Assembly (NCBI RefSeq): GCF_964213995.1
Contig: NW_027590699.1
Location: forward strand, 124,001-188,000
Source of the DNA: Mustelus asterias
Taxonomy: Eukaryota
Direction: 5' to 3'
Length of the DNA: 64,000 nucleotides
The position numbers and the translations under genes were made by a program. This document shows, one piece after another, positions 36,071 through 50,049 of the stretch. Within the stretch, counting starts at the first letter, position 1, and the number at the start of each line of letters is the position of its first letter. Below the pieces are notes generated by a model that searched no databases, was not told where the DNA came from, and saw nothing but the letters and a program-made list of their open reading frames with translations.

Positions 36071-36164
36071 ATATCCTGTCCTACCAGCAGTTAAGACCTG
36101 AGTAGAGGGAGCAGCACAGAGGTGTACAGTGCAAGTGAGTCATCCTGGGAGTCCTCAACTTGAA

Positions 36165-36522
36165 ATTCTTTTTATTCATTCATGGGAAATGGGCATTGCT
36201 GGATGGCCAGCATTTATGGCCCAGTCCTTGTTGCCTTTGAACTGAGTGACTTGCGAGGCCATTTCAGAGGGAGTCACATGTAGGCCAGACCGGGTAAGGA
36301 GAACAGATTTCCTTCCCTAAAAGGCATTAGTGAACCAGATGGGTTTTTTACGATAATCAGCTATGATTTATGGTCATCAGTAAATTCTTAATTCCAAATG
36401 TTTTTTATTGAATTCAAATTCCACCAACTGATGTGGCAGGATTCAAAACCCGGTCCCCAAATCATTAGCTGAGTTTCTGGATTAACAGTTCAGCAATAAT
36501 ACCACCAGTCATCACCTCCCCT
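36165..36522 (-). mobile_element. tRNA-derived SINE, second family
   Basis: Same family as 16650-17010. Confidence 0.8.
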
Positions 36523-37166
36523 AGTTCAACATGGAGTGGAGGAGAACAAGTCAGGAGCAGCACTGGGCACCCTAAAACTGAGATTCCAATCTGGTGACTC
36601 TATAATACAGGACTGTAAACACACTAAACAGCAGAAGCAGCATGTTCCAGGCAGGGCCAAGCGATCCCACAAACAACGGATCAGATCAAAGCTGCAGTCC
36701 CCCCACATCCAGTCGTGAATGGTGGGGGACAATTAAACAAATCACCGAGAGAGAAAGCTCCACAAACATCACCATCCTGAATGACTGGGGAAAGAAGTGG
36801 ATCAGTGAAAACAACTGTGATTTGTGTTTGGTGATCACGGATGTGTTACTGATGCCTTTCATAGATTCCAAGGCCAGGAAAGACACTCTGGAAGGTATGG
36901 GGAGCTGGGACTTGTCCAGGAGAGTAACAAGGTATGAAAACTGAAATAATCTAGAACTAGAAAGGAGAAAAGGTCACAAAAATGCAGCAATTAGTAACAA
37001 GACATTGATTAATCTTTTCTTGTCCTGGAGAAATGAAGGTCTCAGCTTTGTGTCTTTAAACAATATTAGTTAATTTGACATTTATCCAGAGTAATAAACT
37101 CCAGCCCAGTTATAGCAATCACTAACATCAGCAAAAACACACCCCAACTGTCAGAATGAACATGGT

Positions 37167-38228
37167 TCAGTCCTGGATGTGATTAACAGCAGCAATAACA
37201 GCAGAATCCAATTCCTCCAGACACTTGCCAATTTGTTGGTGTGTTAGAAGATGGGTTGACTGAGTGAATCCCATCTCACACTCAGAGAAGGTGAACGGTC
37301 TCTCTCCATTGTGAGTGTGTTGGTGTCTCAGCAGGTGGGATGAGTGAGAAAATCCCTTCCCACACTCAGAGCAAGTGAATGGTTTCTCCCCGGTGTGAAT
37401 GTGCTGGTGTGTTCGCAGGTTGGATGAGCGAGTGAATCCCTTTCCACAGTCAGAGCAGGTGAACGGTCTCTCCCCAGTGTGAACTTGTTGGTGTCTCAGC
37501 AGAACACTTGAGGTCTTAAAGCTCTTCTCACATTCAGAACATCTGAAAGGTTTCTTATCCGAGTGAACAAGTTAGTGTGATCTGAGGCTGGTTAAATAAA
37601 TGAATCCTTTTCCACACAAGGAGCAGGTGAACGACCTCTCCCCAGTGTGAACTCGCTGGTGTTTCTGGAGGCTGGATAACAGAGTGAATCCCTTCCCACA
37701 CACTGTACATCTGAATGGCCTCTCCTCATTGTGAACTCGCTGGTGTATCAGCAGATCACTTGTGGTTTTATAACTCTTCTCACATTCGGAACATTTGAAA
37801 GGTCTGTTATCAGTGTGAACCAGTCGGTGTGTAGCGAGGTGGGATCATCGTGTGAATCCCTTCCCACACACAGAGCAGGTGAACGGCCTTTCCCCAGTGT
37901 GAGTGCGTTTGTGTTCAATGAGATTCTGTGATCGCTTAAATAACTTCCCACAGTAAGAGCAGCAGAACTGTTTCTCGGTGTGAATAGATTGGTGCGTGAC
38001 CAGGTCCTCAGGGCTTTTAGAGCTGTGATCACCGTCAGCATGGTTAAAAAGCCTCTCTTCAATGTGAACTTGCTGGTGGGTCAGCAGGTGGGATGACTGA
38101 ATGAATCCCTTCCCACACATGGAGCAGGTGAATGGTCTCTCCCCAGTGTGACTGCGCCGATGCATTTCCAGCAGAGATGGGTAACTGAATCCCTTCCCAC
38201 AGTCCCCACATTTCCATGGTTTCTCCAT
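37167..38228 (-). pseudogene. ZNF6 pseudogene (about 12 finger units, two in-frame stops)
   Basis: ATG at 38228 (MEKPWKC); TGA at 37845-37847 and TAA at 37572-37574; finger frame otherwise continuous. Confidence 0.85.
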
Positions 38229-39679
38229 GGTGCAGGTGTTCTTGTCTGTTCAAGCCTTGTCCACACACAACATGTGTATTGCTTCTAAGTAAGGCTATTA
38301 AGGGTTATGGGACAAGGCAGAAAATTGGATTGTCATATCAGATCAGCCGTGATCTCATTGAATGGAGGAGCAGACCCGATGAGTCCAATGGCCTAATTCT
38401 GATCCTAATTCTTATGGTCTTATGGTTCTCTGCTGTGAATGGTGTGATGTTTCATTCAGGCTGTGTAACTGGTTAAAGCTCTTTCCAGTCAGTTCACTCT
38501 CACTCAGGTCTGTGTCTCGGTGCTTTTCCAGTCACACTGATGTTTGAAATTGTTCCCCACCGCCAGAACAGACAAACATTTCTCCTTCCACATTTAAAGG
38601 TAGATGATATTCAGGTTCTGATGAATTGAGTGACTCTGTCAGATCTTGATGTGATGTTTGGTTTCAGTTTCCCATCTGCAATTCATCGCCCTTGTGGACC
38701 TTGTAAAAGACATTGACAGAGTCAGTATCACTGTCAGTACAGGATAGAAATTCAGAACAAACAATTCTAGTTTCCATGGAATATTATTTCAAATCTTGTT
38801 TCTCCAATCTTGTGGTCCAATCGAACTTCCATCTGAACTAAACCAGAACTTTGTTTCCGGTGTTTGTGAGACACTCTGGACCCTGAGTTGTGGAAGATAT
38901 CGAGTGTTTCAGTCGACACTGTCTGCTCCCTCTCCAGGACCACACGAGCACGGACAAGAAAGTTAACGTTTATTTTTATTAGTCACAAGTAAGGCTGACA
39001 GTAACACTGTAATGAAGTTACTGTGAAACCACAGAAGAACCACAGCCAAGTTACCCTCTGCTGAACTACAAATTACTGTTTTAACCAGCCCCAAGAACAG
39101 GTCCAGGAAAAGATCCTCTGACCTCCCCAGTCTCCTCCACACTGGGCAGTCAACGAACAGGAGCGTGGGGCAGGACAGAATTGTAACTAAAAGTGGAGAA
39201 GCAGCTCCTTCAGGGGTTGCAATCTCTCACACTGAAGACGTACATGGCTCATGGATTTCTCGAGGCTGCAAATTAATTTAAAAGAGGAGAAAAAAACAGT
39301 GATAAACACAAAGGCAGGTTGTGAAATTGAGCTGAATGAATCTGGTAATTTGTGGAGCCGGCACAAGGAAGAAGTGACTCCGGAAGCTGCTGGATTGTGA
39401 TTAAAAACCCAAATGGTTTGTTAATGTCCTTCAATGCAGGAAACCTGTCACCCATCCAGATCTACACAAGAATTCAGCCTCAATGAGAGGAGAAAGATAG
39501 AGATGAAACAGGGAGGGAATGAACGGTAAGGATTTTATACATCTACAACTGGACAAGAACTGACAGAACCTGCCAAACCACAACCTTCACCAACTCAAAG
39601 GACGCAGGAAAACTATCACCTCCAAATGTCGCTTTCAATCTCAAAACAACTTGTAATCCTGAGGTAACCTGTAACCTCC

Positions 39680-39882
39680 TGCATTTAAGGGGCAATTTAG
39701 CATAGCTAATCCACCTAACCTGTACACCTTTGGGGTGTGGGAGGAAACCGGAGCACCTGAAGGAAACTCATGCAGTCACAGAGAGAATGTGCAAACTCCA
39801 CACAGACAGTCACCCAAAGCTGGAATCGAACCCCGGGTCCCTGGTGCTGTGAGACAACAGTGCTGACCACTGTGTCACCCTG
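39680..39882 (-). mobile_element. V-SINE (HE1-like)
   Basis: tRNA head plus V-domain. Confidence 0.8.
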
Positions 39883-40117
39883 AGCCACTGTACTGTGTTG
39901 CTCGGAAATAAGTTTTAGGATTTTGGCCGAATGATTGTGAAGGCAGAGCAGTATACTACCAAGTCAGAATAGTGCGTGATTCTGAAGAGTAAATGCAGGT
40001 TATGGGGTCTCCATGCACAAACTGCCCTTATCCATGTTGGAGGAGAGGTTTGTAGTTTTGGAAGGTGCGGCCAAAGGAGGTTTAGCCAATTGCTGGTAAT
40101 TCTAGTAATGTACATGT

Positions 40118-40182
40118 TCCAGTTGTGAACTCGCTGGTGCATCAGCAGTGTGGATGAATGACTGAATCCCTTCCCACACACT
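40118..40182 (-). pseudogene. Isolated terminal C2H2 finger fragment
   Basis: [19 protein letters not shown]. Confidence 0.65.
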
Positions 40183-40625
40183 GAAAAATTTGAAATTTTT
40201 CTAAATGTAAATTTAATGAAAATCCCTGACAGAACGACTTTTTCCTTACTTGAAACACAGCTTTAAATGGTCCATTTGTTTCTAGACTCGGTTCCATGAG
40301 CAACGCCTTCAACTAAACAAAATCAAAACACTGCAGCTGCTGGAAATCTGAAATGAAAAGAGAAAATGTTGGAAATACTCATCAGGTTAGACAGCATCTA
40401 TGGAGACAGAAACAGAGTTAATGTTTGCAGTCACTGACGCTTCTCTAATAAAACACATACCAATAGCTGCTGTTTAATGGGGCCGTGGATCCCACAATCC
40501 CCTGTGCCCCAGAAACCGCTCTATCCATCACACACATTTCCCATTATGACACTTCTATGTCAAGAGGGCGAGCTGTTTAAAAGTCATCAAGTTCCATTTT
40601 TGCGTGTTGATGTTCATTAAAGATA

Positions 40626-41457
40626 CGGCAGTGGGCTGACGAATGGCAGATGGAATTTAGACAAATGTGAGGTGATGCATTTTGGTAGATTGAACCAGGG
40701 CAGGACTTACTCAGTTAACGGTAGGGCGTTGGGGAGAGTTACAGAGCAAAGATATCTAGGGGTACATGTTCATAGCTCCTTGAAAGTGGAGTCACAGGTG
40801 GACAGAGTGGTGAAGAAGGCATTCGGCATGCTTGGTTTCATTGGTCAGAACATTGAATACAGGAGTTGGAATGTCTTGTTGAAGTTGTACAAGACATTGG
40901 TAAGGCCACACTTGGAATACTGTGTGCAATTCTGGTCACCCTATTATAGAAAGGATATGATTAAACTAGAAAGAGTGCAGAAAAGATTTACTGCAATGCT
41001 ACCGGGACCTGATGGTTTGAGTTACAAGGAGAGGCTGGATAGACTGGGACTTTTTTGTCTGGAGCGTAGGAGGCTGAGGGGTGATCTTATAGAGGTCTGT
41101 AAAATGATGAGGGGCACAGATCAGCTAGATAGTCAATATCTTTTCCCAAAGGTAGGGGAGTCTAAAACTAGAGGGCATAGGTTTAAGGTGAGAAGGGAGA
41201 AATACAAAAGTTTCAGAGGGGCAATTTTTTCACACAGAGGGTGGTAGGTGTCTGGAACAAGCTGCCAGAGATAGTAGTAGAGGCGGGTACAATTTTGTCT
41301 TTTAAAAAGCATGTAGATAGTTACATGGGTATGATGGGTATAGAGGGATATGGGCCAAATGCGGGCAATTGGGATTAGCTTAGGGGTTTTTTAAAAAATG
41401 GGCGGCATGGACAAGTTGGGCCGAAGGGCCTGTTTCCATGCTGTAAACCTCTATGAC
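40626..41457 (+). mobile_element. 5'-truncated CR1 LINE
   Basis: ORF 40672-41247; same subfamily as 44903-46362 and 62210-63003. Confidence 0.92.
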
Positions 41458-41624
41458 TTCCCCCTTATTATCAATTTCAGATATTTCGGTCGAGAATTTC
41501 CATTCCCTTACTTTTTGGTGGATAAGGAATGCCTTGAGTACTTAGATTACAGTATAATTTGATTCCTAATGACTGCATCACTGTCCCTAATTTTCACATC
41601 GCAGCAGAAAAAGCTCACTGTTCA

Positions 41625-42080
41625 CAAATGAGGCGTCTCCATGACGTGCGCCTTACCCACCATTCGTCGCGGTGGTGAATGTCCCCTATCCACAGCATGG
41701 GAGAGAGCTGCGCATCCGCAGTCAGGCAGTGTGTGGCGCATGCGCAGCGTGAATGATGGCAATGGGGAGAGACATTCCTTTGTCTCATCAGCAACCGGTA
41801 AGGATGCGGATACATGGAGGGAGGATTGGAACCGGCAGATGGACGGAGAGGGTTTCTAAATATCTGGTGAAGGTCTCAAACCTCTAATAGTAATCCGCAG
41901 GTCCCGTGCTTGCAGCTTTGGGTCTTTTTCCCGGGACGAGGCTCAGGTTAACAGCCGCCATCTTGATTCAGCAGGGAGCGGAGCGCATGCGCTGGTGTCT
42001 TGATGACGCAACAATGAGTGGGTGTGGGCTTCAGCGTTTTATGCTCCCAACCGGGTCCTAGTGACCGGATCGCACAGCAG
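41625..42080. promoter_or_regulatory. CpG-island bidirectional promoter 3 (ZNF6 / ZNF7 pseudogenes)
   Basis: NRF1 consensus gcgcatgcgc at 41736 and 41983, YY1 consensus gccgccatcttg at 41954-41965, tgacgt half-CRE. Confidence 0.75.
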
Positions 42081-42124
42081 ACTGATCAACAGGTTTTAAA
42101 CAGCTTCACCCACTCCCAGGGAAC

Positions 42125-43932
42125 ATTGGAGTATGGAAGTAAGCTGGCAGGGAACATAAAAACTGACTGTAAAAGTTTCTATAGATATGTAAAGAGAAGA
42201 AGATTGACAAAAACGAATGTTAGAAATGGGAGAATTCATAATGGGGAATAAAGAAATGGTTGAGGGATTAAATTTTACTTTGCTTCAGTTTTCACAAAGG
42301 AAGATGTGAATAATGTACCAGAAGTGCTGAAAGAAACATGTTTTAGTCAGGGGCTGAAGGAAATCAGCATCTGTTGAGAAATGGTTTTGGGGAAATTGAT
42401 GGAATTGAAGGTGGATAAATCTCCAGGTCCAGATAATCTTCATCCCAGAGTACTTAAGGAAGTGGTCCTGGAAATAGTGGTTATTTTTCAAAATTCTTTG
42501 GAATCGGTAATAGTTCCTACAGATTGGAGGGTAGCTAATGTAAACCCACTGTTCAAAAAGGGTGGGATAGAGAAAACAGGGAACTATAGACCAGTGAGCC
42601 TAACATTGGTACTGGGGAAGTTGCAGGTGTCTATTATCAAGGATTTCACAACTCGGCATTTGGAAGGCAGTGGTATAATCAGACAAAGACAGCATGGATT
42701 TACAAAAGGGAATCATGTTTGACGAATCTATTGGCATTTTGTAAGGATGTAAGTATTAGAGTTGGCCGAGAAGAACCAGTGGATGTGGTTTATTTAGACT
42801 TTCAGAAGGCTTTCGACAAGGTCTCACATAACAGGCTGCTATGTAAAGTTAAAGGACATGGTATTGCAGGGAATGTCTTGAGATGGATAGAAAGCTGGTT
42901 CGCAGATAAGAAGCGAAGCGTTGGCATAAATGAGTCTTTTTCTGATTGGCAGTCAGTGACTAGTGGGGTTTGGCAGGGATCTGTGTGAGGACTCCAACTC
43001 TTCACATTATATATTAATGATTTGGAAGAGGGAACTGAATGTATTATCTCCAAATTTGCAGATAATACAAAGTTGGGTGGGAGGGTGAGCTGTGAGGAGG
43101 CTGCAGAGATGCTTTAGTGTGATTTGGACAGACTGAGTGTGTGGGCATCAGCATTGCAGTTGTAGTATAGTGATGATAAATGTGAGTTTATTCACTTTGG
43201 TAGCAATAATAGGAAGACAGATTATTACTGGAATAGGTGTAAATTGAGGGAGGTGTATACTCAACAAGATGTTGGATTCCTCGTGCATCACTCACTGAAA
43301 GTAAGTGCACAGTTACAGCAGGCAGTAAAGAAGGCAAATGGTATGTTGGCCTTCATAGCAAGAGGATTTGAGTATAGGGATAGGGATGTTTTGCTGCAGT
43401 TGTATAGGGTGTTGGTGAGGCCACACCTGGAGTATTGTATACAGTTTTGGTGTCCTTATCTAAGGAAGGATGTCCTTGCGAGAGAAGGGATACAGCAAAG
43501 GTTTACCAGGCTGATTCCTGGGATGGCAAGTCTACCAAATGAGGAGAAACGAAATTGGTTAAGATTATATTCACTGGAGTTTAGAAGAGTGGGGTCTCAT
43601 AGAAACTTAAAAATTCTAACAGGGTTAGATCGGGTAGCTACAGAAAGAATGTTCCCAATGGTGGGGGGAGTCCAGAACTCGGGGTCATAGTTTGAGGATA
43701 AGGGGTAAACCTTTTAGAACTGAGGTGAGGAGAAATTTCTTCACCCAGAGGGTGATGAATGTGTGGAATTCACTGCCACAGAATATGGATCAAGGGATAT
43801 GGGGGAACAGGAGGGGGTGGGGGTGGGGGGGGATTAGGATATTGAATTTGATGATCAACCATGACTATAATGAATGGCGGAGCAAGCTCGAAGGGCTGAA
43901 TGACCTACTCCCACTTCTAGATTCTATGTTTC
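42125..43932 (+). mobile_element. Degraded CR1 LINE (RT region)
   Basis: ORF fragments with DKSPGPD, GNYRPVSL, DFQKAFD, LVRPHLEYC. Confidence 0.9.
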
Positions 43933-44902
43933 AGTGAGAGAAGTTGCCTGAAGCGGTGGCAAAATATTTGGTTACACTTCAGCCCCAGGCTCCTCATGTT
44001 TACATAGAAACATACGAGAAAGTAGAAGTGGGGAGGAGGCCACTCGGCCCTTCGAGCCTGCTCCGCCGTTCATTCTGGTCACGGCTGATCATCAAATTCA
44101 ATATTGTAATCCCGCCTCCCCCTCATCCCCCGTATCCCTTGATCCCCAAGAAATGTATCTAATTCCTTATTGAAATCAGGCTCTACTTCTACTTTTGAGG
44201 AAGGGACTTCCAAAGATTCAAGACTCTCTGAGTGAAAAAAATCTTCTCATCTCTGTCTTCAATGGGCAGCACTGTTTGTTAAACAGTGACCCCCAGATTC
44301 TCCCATAAGAGCAAACATCCTCTCCACATCCAAGACCTTTCAGAATCTTGAAGGTTTAAATTAAGTTGCCTCTTACTCTTTTAAAGTCGAGCAGAAGCTA
44401 AACTTGAGCAGAGACAGTCTCTGGTGTTGTTGTATGGGACAGATTTACTTCTGGTCCTGTAATAAATGCATTTATTATTTCCAGTCTTGTAATATAGTCC
44501 TGTAGCTACGTTATATATTTCCAGTCATAGAGTCATTCCAGCACAGAAGGAGTCCATTGGATAACTCGAGTCCATACCGACTCTCACAGTAACTTCATAG
44601 TTTTTCATGATTTTCACAGTGACTTCATTGCAGTGTTAATGTCAGCATCCTTGTGACACTAATTAATAAATTATCAAAAATAAACTATAAACTGTCTGTC
44701 GAGCAATTCTGTCCGTCTGGAGTGGGTCCCATTCTGTAACCCTGCAGCACCCATCCAATCTCATTTAGAAATTATTGATCATCTCTGCTTGACTACCCCC
44801 ACAGGCAACAAGTTCAAGATCATCATCAATCGCAACCCCCTGTAACTTCACCAACTGGAGCCATCCGATCCATTAAATATATTTTTAGTTCAATCACAGC
44901 TG

Positions 44903-46362
44903 AGGTATTTGTATCATCGATAGTCACAGGTGAGGTGCCTGAAGACTGGAGGGTGGCAAATGTTGTGCCTTTGTTTAAAAAGGGCTGCAGGGAAAAGCCT
45001 GGGAACTACAGGCCAGTGAGCCTCACAGCTGTGGTGGGCAAGTTGTTGGAAGGTATTTTGAGAGACAGGATCTACAGGCATTTAGAGACGCAAGTACTGA
45101 TTAGGGACAGTCAGCATGGTTTTGTGAGTGGAAAATCATGTCTCACAAATTTGATTGAGTTTTTTGAAGGGCTAACCAAGAAGGTAGATGAGGGCAGTGC
45201 AGTCGATGTTGTCTACATGGACTTTAGCAAGGCCTTTGACAAGGTACTGCCTGGTAGGTTGTTGCATAAGGTTAATTCTTACGGGACCCAGGGTGAGGTA
45301 GCTAAATGGATACAAAATTGGCTTCTTGACAGAAGCCAGAGGGTGGTTGTAGAGGGTTGACCAGCGGTGTGCCTCAGGAATCCGTGCTGGGTCCACTGTT
45401 ATTTGTCATTTATATTAATGATTTGGATGAGAATATAGGAGGCATGGTTAGTAAGTTTGCAGATGACTCAAAGATTGGTGGCATAGTGGACAGTGAAGAA
45501 GGTTATCTCAGATTGCAATGGGATCTTGATTTATTGGGCCAGTGGGCTGACGAATGGCAGATGGAGTTTAATATAGATAAAGGCAAGGTGATGCATTTTG
45601 GTAGATTGAACCAGGGCAGGACTTACTCAGTTAATGGTAGGGCGTTAGGGAGAGTTACAGAACAAAGAGATCTCGGGGTACAGGTTCATAGCTCCTTGAA
45701 AGTGGAGTCACAGGTGGACAGAGTGGTGAAGAAGGCATTCGGCATGCTTGGTTTCATTGGTCAGGACAATGAATACGGGAGTTGGGATGTCTTGTTGAAG
45801 TTGCACAAGATATTGGTAAAGCCACACTTGGAATACTGTGTACAGTTCTGGTCACCCTATTATAGAAAGGATATTATTAAACTTGAAAGAGTGTAGAAAA
45901 TACTTACTAGGATGCTACCCAGACTTGGTGGTTTGAATTATAAGGAGAGGCTGGATAGACTGAAACTTTTTTCTCTGGAGCGTAGGAGGCTGACGGGTGA
46001 TCTTATAAAGGTCTATAAAACAATGAGGGACATAGATCAGCTAGCTTGTAAATATCTTTTCCCAAAGGTAGGGGAGTCTAAAACTAGAGGGCATAGGTTT
46101 AAGGGGAGGAAGGAGAGATACAAAAGGGTCCAGAGGGGCAACTTTTTCACACAGGATGGTGAGTGTCTGGAACAAGCTGCCAGAGGTAGTAGTAGAGGCG
46201 GGTACAATTTTGTCTTTTAAAAAGCATTTCGACAGTGACATGGGTAAGATGGGTACAGAGGGATATGGGCCAAATGCGGGCAATTGGGATTAGCTTAGGG
46301 GTTTAAAAAAAAAGGTGGCATGGACAAGTTCGGCCAAAGAGCCTGTTTCCTCTATGACTCTA
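44903..46362 (+). mobile_element. 5'-truncated CR1 LINE (RT region)
   Basis: ORFs 44935-45360, 45357-45896 (FADD) and 45912-46220. Confidence 0.92.
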
Positions 46363-46419
46363 CAAAGACATATATCTGTCTGGCCGCCTGCATGGAGATT
46401 TTCAGCTCTCTGTGTCCAG

Positions 46420-46485
46420 GACAGGAAGCAGTGAGCATGGATCTGTCAATCAGCCTCAATCAGCCCCTTCAGGAGAATTGGGAGG
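46420..46485 (+). other. 66-nt mini-exon paralogue upstream of ZNF7 (GQEAVSMDLSISLNQPLQENWEG)
   Basis: ctctctgtgtccag| ... |gtgaat; ATG at 46437; one mismatch versus 9128-9193. Confidence 0.65.
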
Positions 46486-47011
46486 GTGAATATTAGATAC
46501 AGCAGAGTGAGAATGGAGGGAGAGTGTGTGGGATGGAGAGTCACAGCTTTTGGGGAATGAGAGAGGAAAGAATGTTCCATAGAAACTAGATTTGTCTGTT
46601 CTGAATTTCTATCCTGTATTGACTGTGATGACTTTTGTAAACTCCTTTTACAGGATATCTAGAAGGTGAGGATTTACAGACAAAAATCTCAGACCAAATG
46701 TCACATCAACATCTGACAGAGTCACTCAATTCATCGGGACCTGAATATCATCCGCCTTTGAATCTCGAAGGAGAGATGTTTCTCTGTTCTGTCTGCTTCA
46801 TATTTTAAACATCAGTGTGACTGGAAAGCACCGAATCTCACACACACCAGAGTGAGAGTGTTCCAGTGCATTGCATGTGGAAAACGCTTCAGTTGCACAG
46901 CCTAAAAGAAATCGCAGCATTCACAGCGGGGAGAGACTGTACCCGTGTTCTGTGTGTGGATGAGGTTTCAACTATTTGTCCGACCTGGAGAGTCACAAGG
47001 ACACCTGCACC

Positions 47012-47601
47012 ATGGAGAAACGATGGAAATGTGGGGACTGTGGGAAGGGATTTAGATACCCTTCTCACCTGGAAACCCATCGACGCAGCCACACTGGGGA
47101 GAGACCGTTCACCTGTTCTCAGTGTGGGAATGGATTCAGTCGATTATCCACCCTGCAGACACACCAGAGAGTTCACAATGAGGAAAGGCCATTCATCTGC
47201 TTTCATGTGGGAAGAGATTCACTCAGTCATGCAGCCTGCAGACACACCAGCGAGTTCACAATGAGGAGAGACCATTCATCTGCTCTCAGTGTGGGAAGGG
47301 ATTCAGTCAGTCATCCAGCCTGCGGACACACCAGCGAGTTCACACTAGGGAGAGGCCGTTTACCTGCTCTCTGTGTGGGAATGGGTTCACTCAGTTATCC
47401 CATCTGAAGACACACCAACGGTTTCACACTGGGGAGAGGCCGTTCACCTGCCCTCAGTGCGAGAAGGGATTTGCTCAGTTATCCACTCTTCAGACACACC
47501 AGCGAGTTCACACCAAGGAGAGACCGTTCACCTGCTCTCAGTGTGCGAAAGGATTCACTCAGTTATCCAATCTGCGGAGACACCAGCGAGTTCACATGTA
47601 A
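47012..47601 (+). pseudogene. ZNF7: 7-finger C2H2 gene with a single 1-nt frameshift near 47203
   Basis: ATG at 47012 (MEKRWKC); tgc tttca tgt instead of tgc nnn nnn tgt; TAA at 47599-47601. Confidence 0.8.
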
Positions 47602-48319
47602 TTCCAGGGGTTGGATTCTGCTGTTATTGTTTCTGCTCTCAATTACATCCAGGACTGCATTTTGTTCATTCTCACAGTTGGTCACTGGGGAGAATTGGAG
47701 GCTCTCTGTCTGCTGGACTGGCCGGTCTCACCACTTTGCCTCCAGTGGGCTGATAATCTTTTAACCTTGTTGCGAATATCTGGCTTTGGATTTCTCAAGG
47801 ATCACAGAGTGAAAGGGTGTTTGGAAGTTTAAAGATATTTTGTTCGCAATTATGTTTGGAAGGCTCGCAAAGCATGCAGAGGGAGTAGTGAGTGTGAGGA
47901 ACTGAAAGAGATTAGTATTCGTGAAAAAGTAGCACTGGAGAAATTAATGGGGTTGGAAGTGAATTAATTGGCAAAAGCTGCTGATCTACATCCCAGAGTG
48001 TTGGAAGAGGTGGCTGTGGAGATAGTGGATACATTGGTGGTCATCTTTCCAAATTCTATAGATTGTGGAATTTTTGCTGCAGATTGGAAGGTGGTAAATG
48101 TAACCCCACTGTTTAAGGAGGGAGAGAGAAAACGGGGAACCACAGACCCATCAGCCTGACATCAGCCGGAGGGAAAATGCTACAATCTATTGTACAGGAT
48201 GTGATAACAAATGAATATGCACATTCAGAACAGGGGTACGTCCCTCGTGCCTGCTCCACCATTCAATACGTGCACAGCTGATCTGATTGTAACCTCAACT
48301 TCACATTCCCACCGACCCC

Positions 48320-49165
48320 CCAATGAGCTTCAGACTAAAACTCCCTCCTCTGGGCAACATCTGGAAGAAATCAATGTTTCCCCCTTTCCATTTCTTTTCT
48401 CATTCTGGGGGGAATTGGGGACTTGCAGCAACTGAAGGGAAAGGAAGTGAATCCAGGGAGGGTGAAGACTCTGGAAAGGTTGGCCCAGGTCTCTCTCTCT
48501 TAAAGACATTAACATTCTTTGCTCCCTCAGCTTGACACATTTATTTGTCTGGTTAAAAGGATGGTCTCTTTCCGAATGTTAACAATTAAAGGGTTGTTTC
48601 ACCAGGAAATGGCTGACATTTCAGGGGACAATGTAGTCAGGTAGGTGATGTCTCTGTTATGACTCGTGTTACATTTACATTCTCTATATTTATGATTTTC
48701 TGGTACAGTAGGTTTATTATATTTCTAATCTTGCAGTATACTACTCGTCCTACACCTGAATGCAGGGCTGCCAGATGATGGAGTGGTGGATGGAACTTTG
48801 CAAAATGTATTCTGTTTATTTCCTTACAAGTCAATACATTTTAATTTTTAACATCACAGGTTTTGTTTTTATCTTCACACAGGCCAAAACCTCCTCCTGT
48901 CTCCAACACCTGTGAGTAAAACACCTTATTTTTCTCCCCCTTTCCATTTCTTTTCTCATTCTGGAGGAAATTGGGGACTTGCAGCAACTGAAGGGAAAGG
49001 AAGTGAATCCAGGGAGGCTGCAGACTCTGGAAAGGTTGGCCCAGGTCTCTCTCTCTCTCTCTCTTAAAGACATTGACATAATTTCCTCTCTCAGCTTGAC
49101 ACATGTATTTGTCAGGCTAAAAGGATGGTCTCTTTTCTAATGTTCACGGGCTGGTTTCCCCAGGA
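48320..49165 (+). repeat. Two tandem copies of the conserved upstream ZNF module
   Basis: 48320-48640 and 48895-49165 match 22320-22612 reversed. Confidence 0.8.
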
Positions 49166-50049
49166 GATAGAAACCTGCTTGACCATCCATTATGATCATG
49201 GCCGATCATCAAATTCAATATTCTGATCCCTCCCGCCCTCCCAATATCCCTTCAGCGCCGAGAACTCTATCTAATTTCTTCTTGAAATCACACAATGTCT
49301 TGGCTTCAGCTACTTTCTGTGGGAGTGAATTCCACACATTCACCATTCTCTGGGTGAAGAAATTTCTCACTTCAGTCCTGAAAGGTTGACCCCTTATCCT
49401 CAACTCCCCCACCGTCAGGAACATCGAGAGATGGCTGACATTTAAGGGGACAGTAAATATAGGACAGACTTATGTCTAATGTTGTTACATGGTGCATAAT
49501 TGGTTCTGTAACAAAATACATTTATTATTTCTAGTTTTGTAATATAGTACTTCAGCGACATGATATATTTCCATTATACATTCACAGCACAGGTGTCCAT
49601 TCAGTAACTCGAGTCCATGCCGACTTTCTGTCGGACAATACAGTCAGTCCCACTACCCCTCTATAGCCCTGTTCCCCTGCAAGTTTATTTCCTTCAGATG
49701 CCCAACCCAATTTATTTTAAATTATTTTTCTCCACTTCCACCACTGGTGTGATTTTCTGATTATGCCCATCGCTGTCTAAATAAAGTTCTTCCTCACACA
49801 CCCCCTACTCTATCTCAAATTAAAAGATACAGCACTCTCGATCAAACATTTTCTGGACAGTTAATTGTGCATCTGAAGAGATATATGTACATTTACTGAA
49901 TTAAAATGTTTGGGTATCTGACTCCAGGACCTTGTATCGATAGATCAACATGACTCACTGATTCAGCAGAATTGGGAGGGTGAATATTAGACACATCAGA
50001 GTGCGAATGGAGTGTGTGGGACGGAGATTTATAGCTTTTGGGATCTTTT

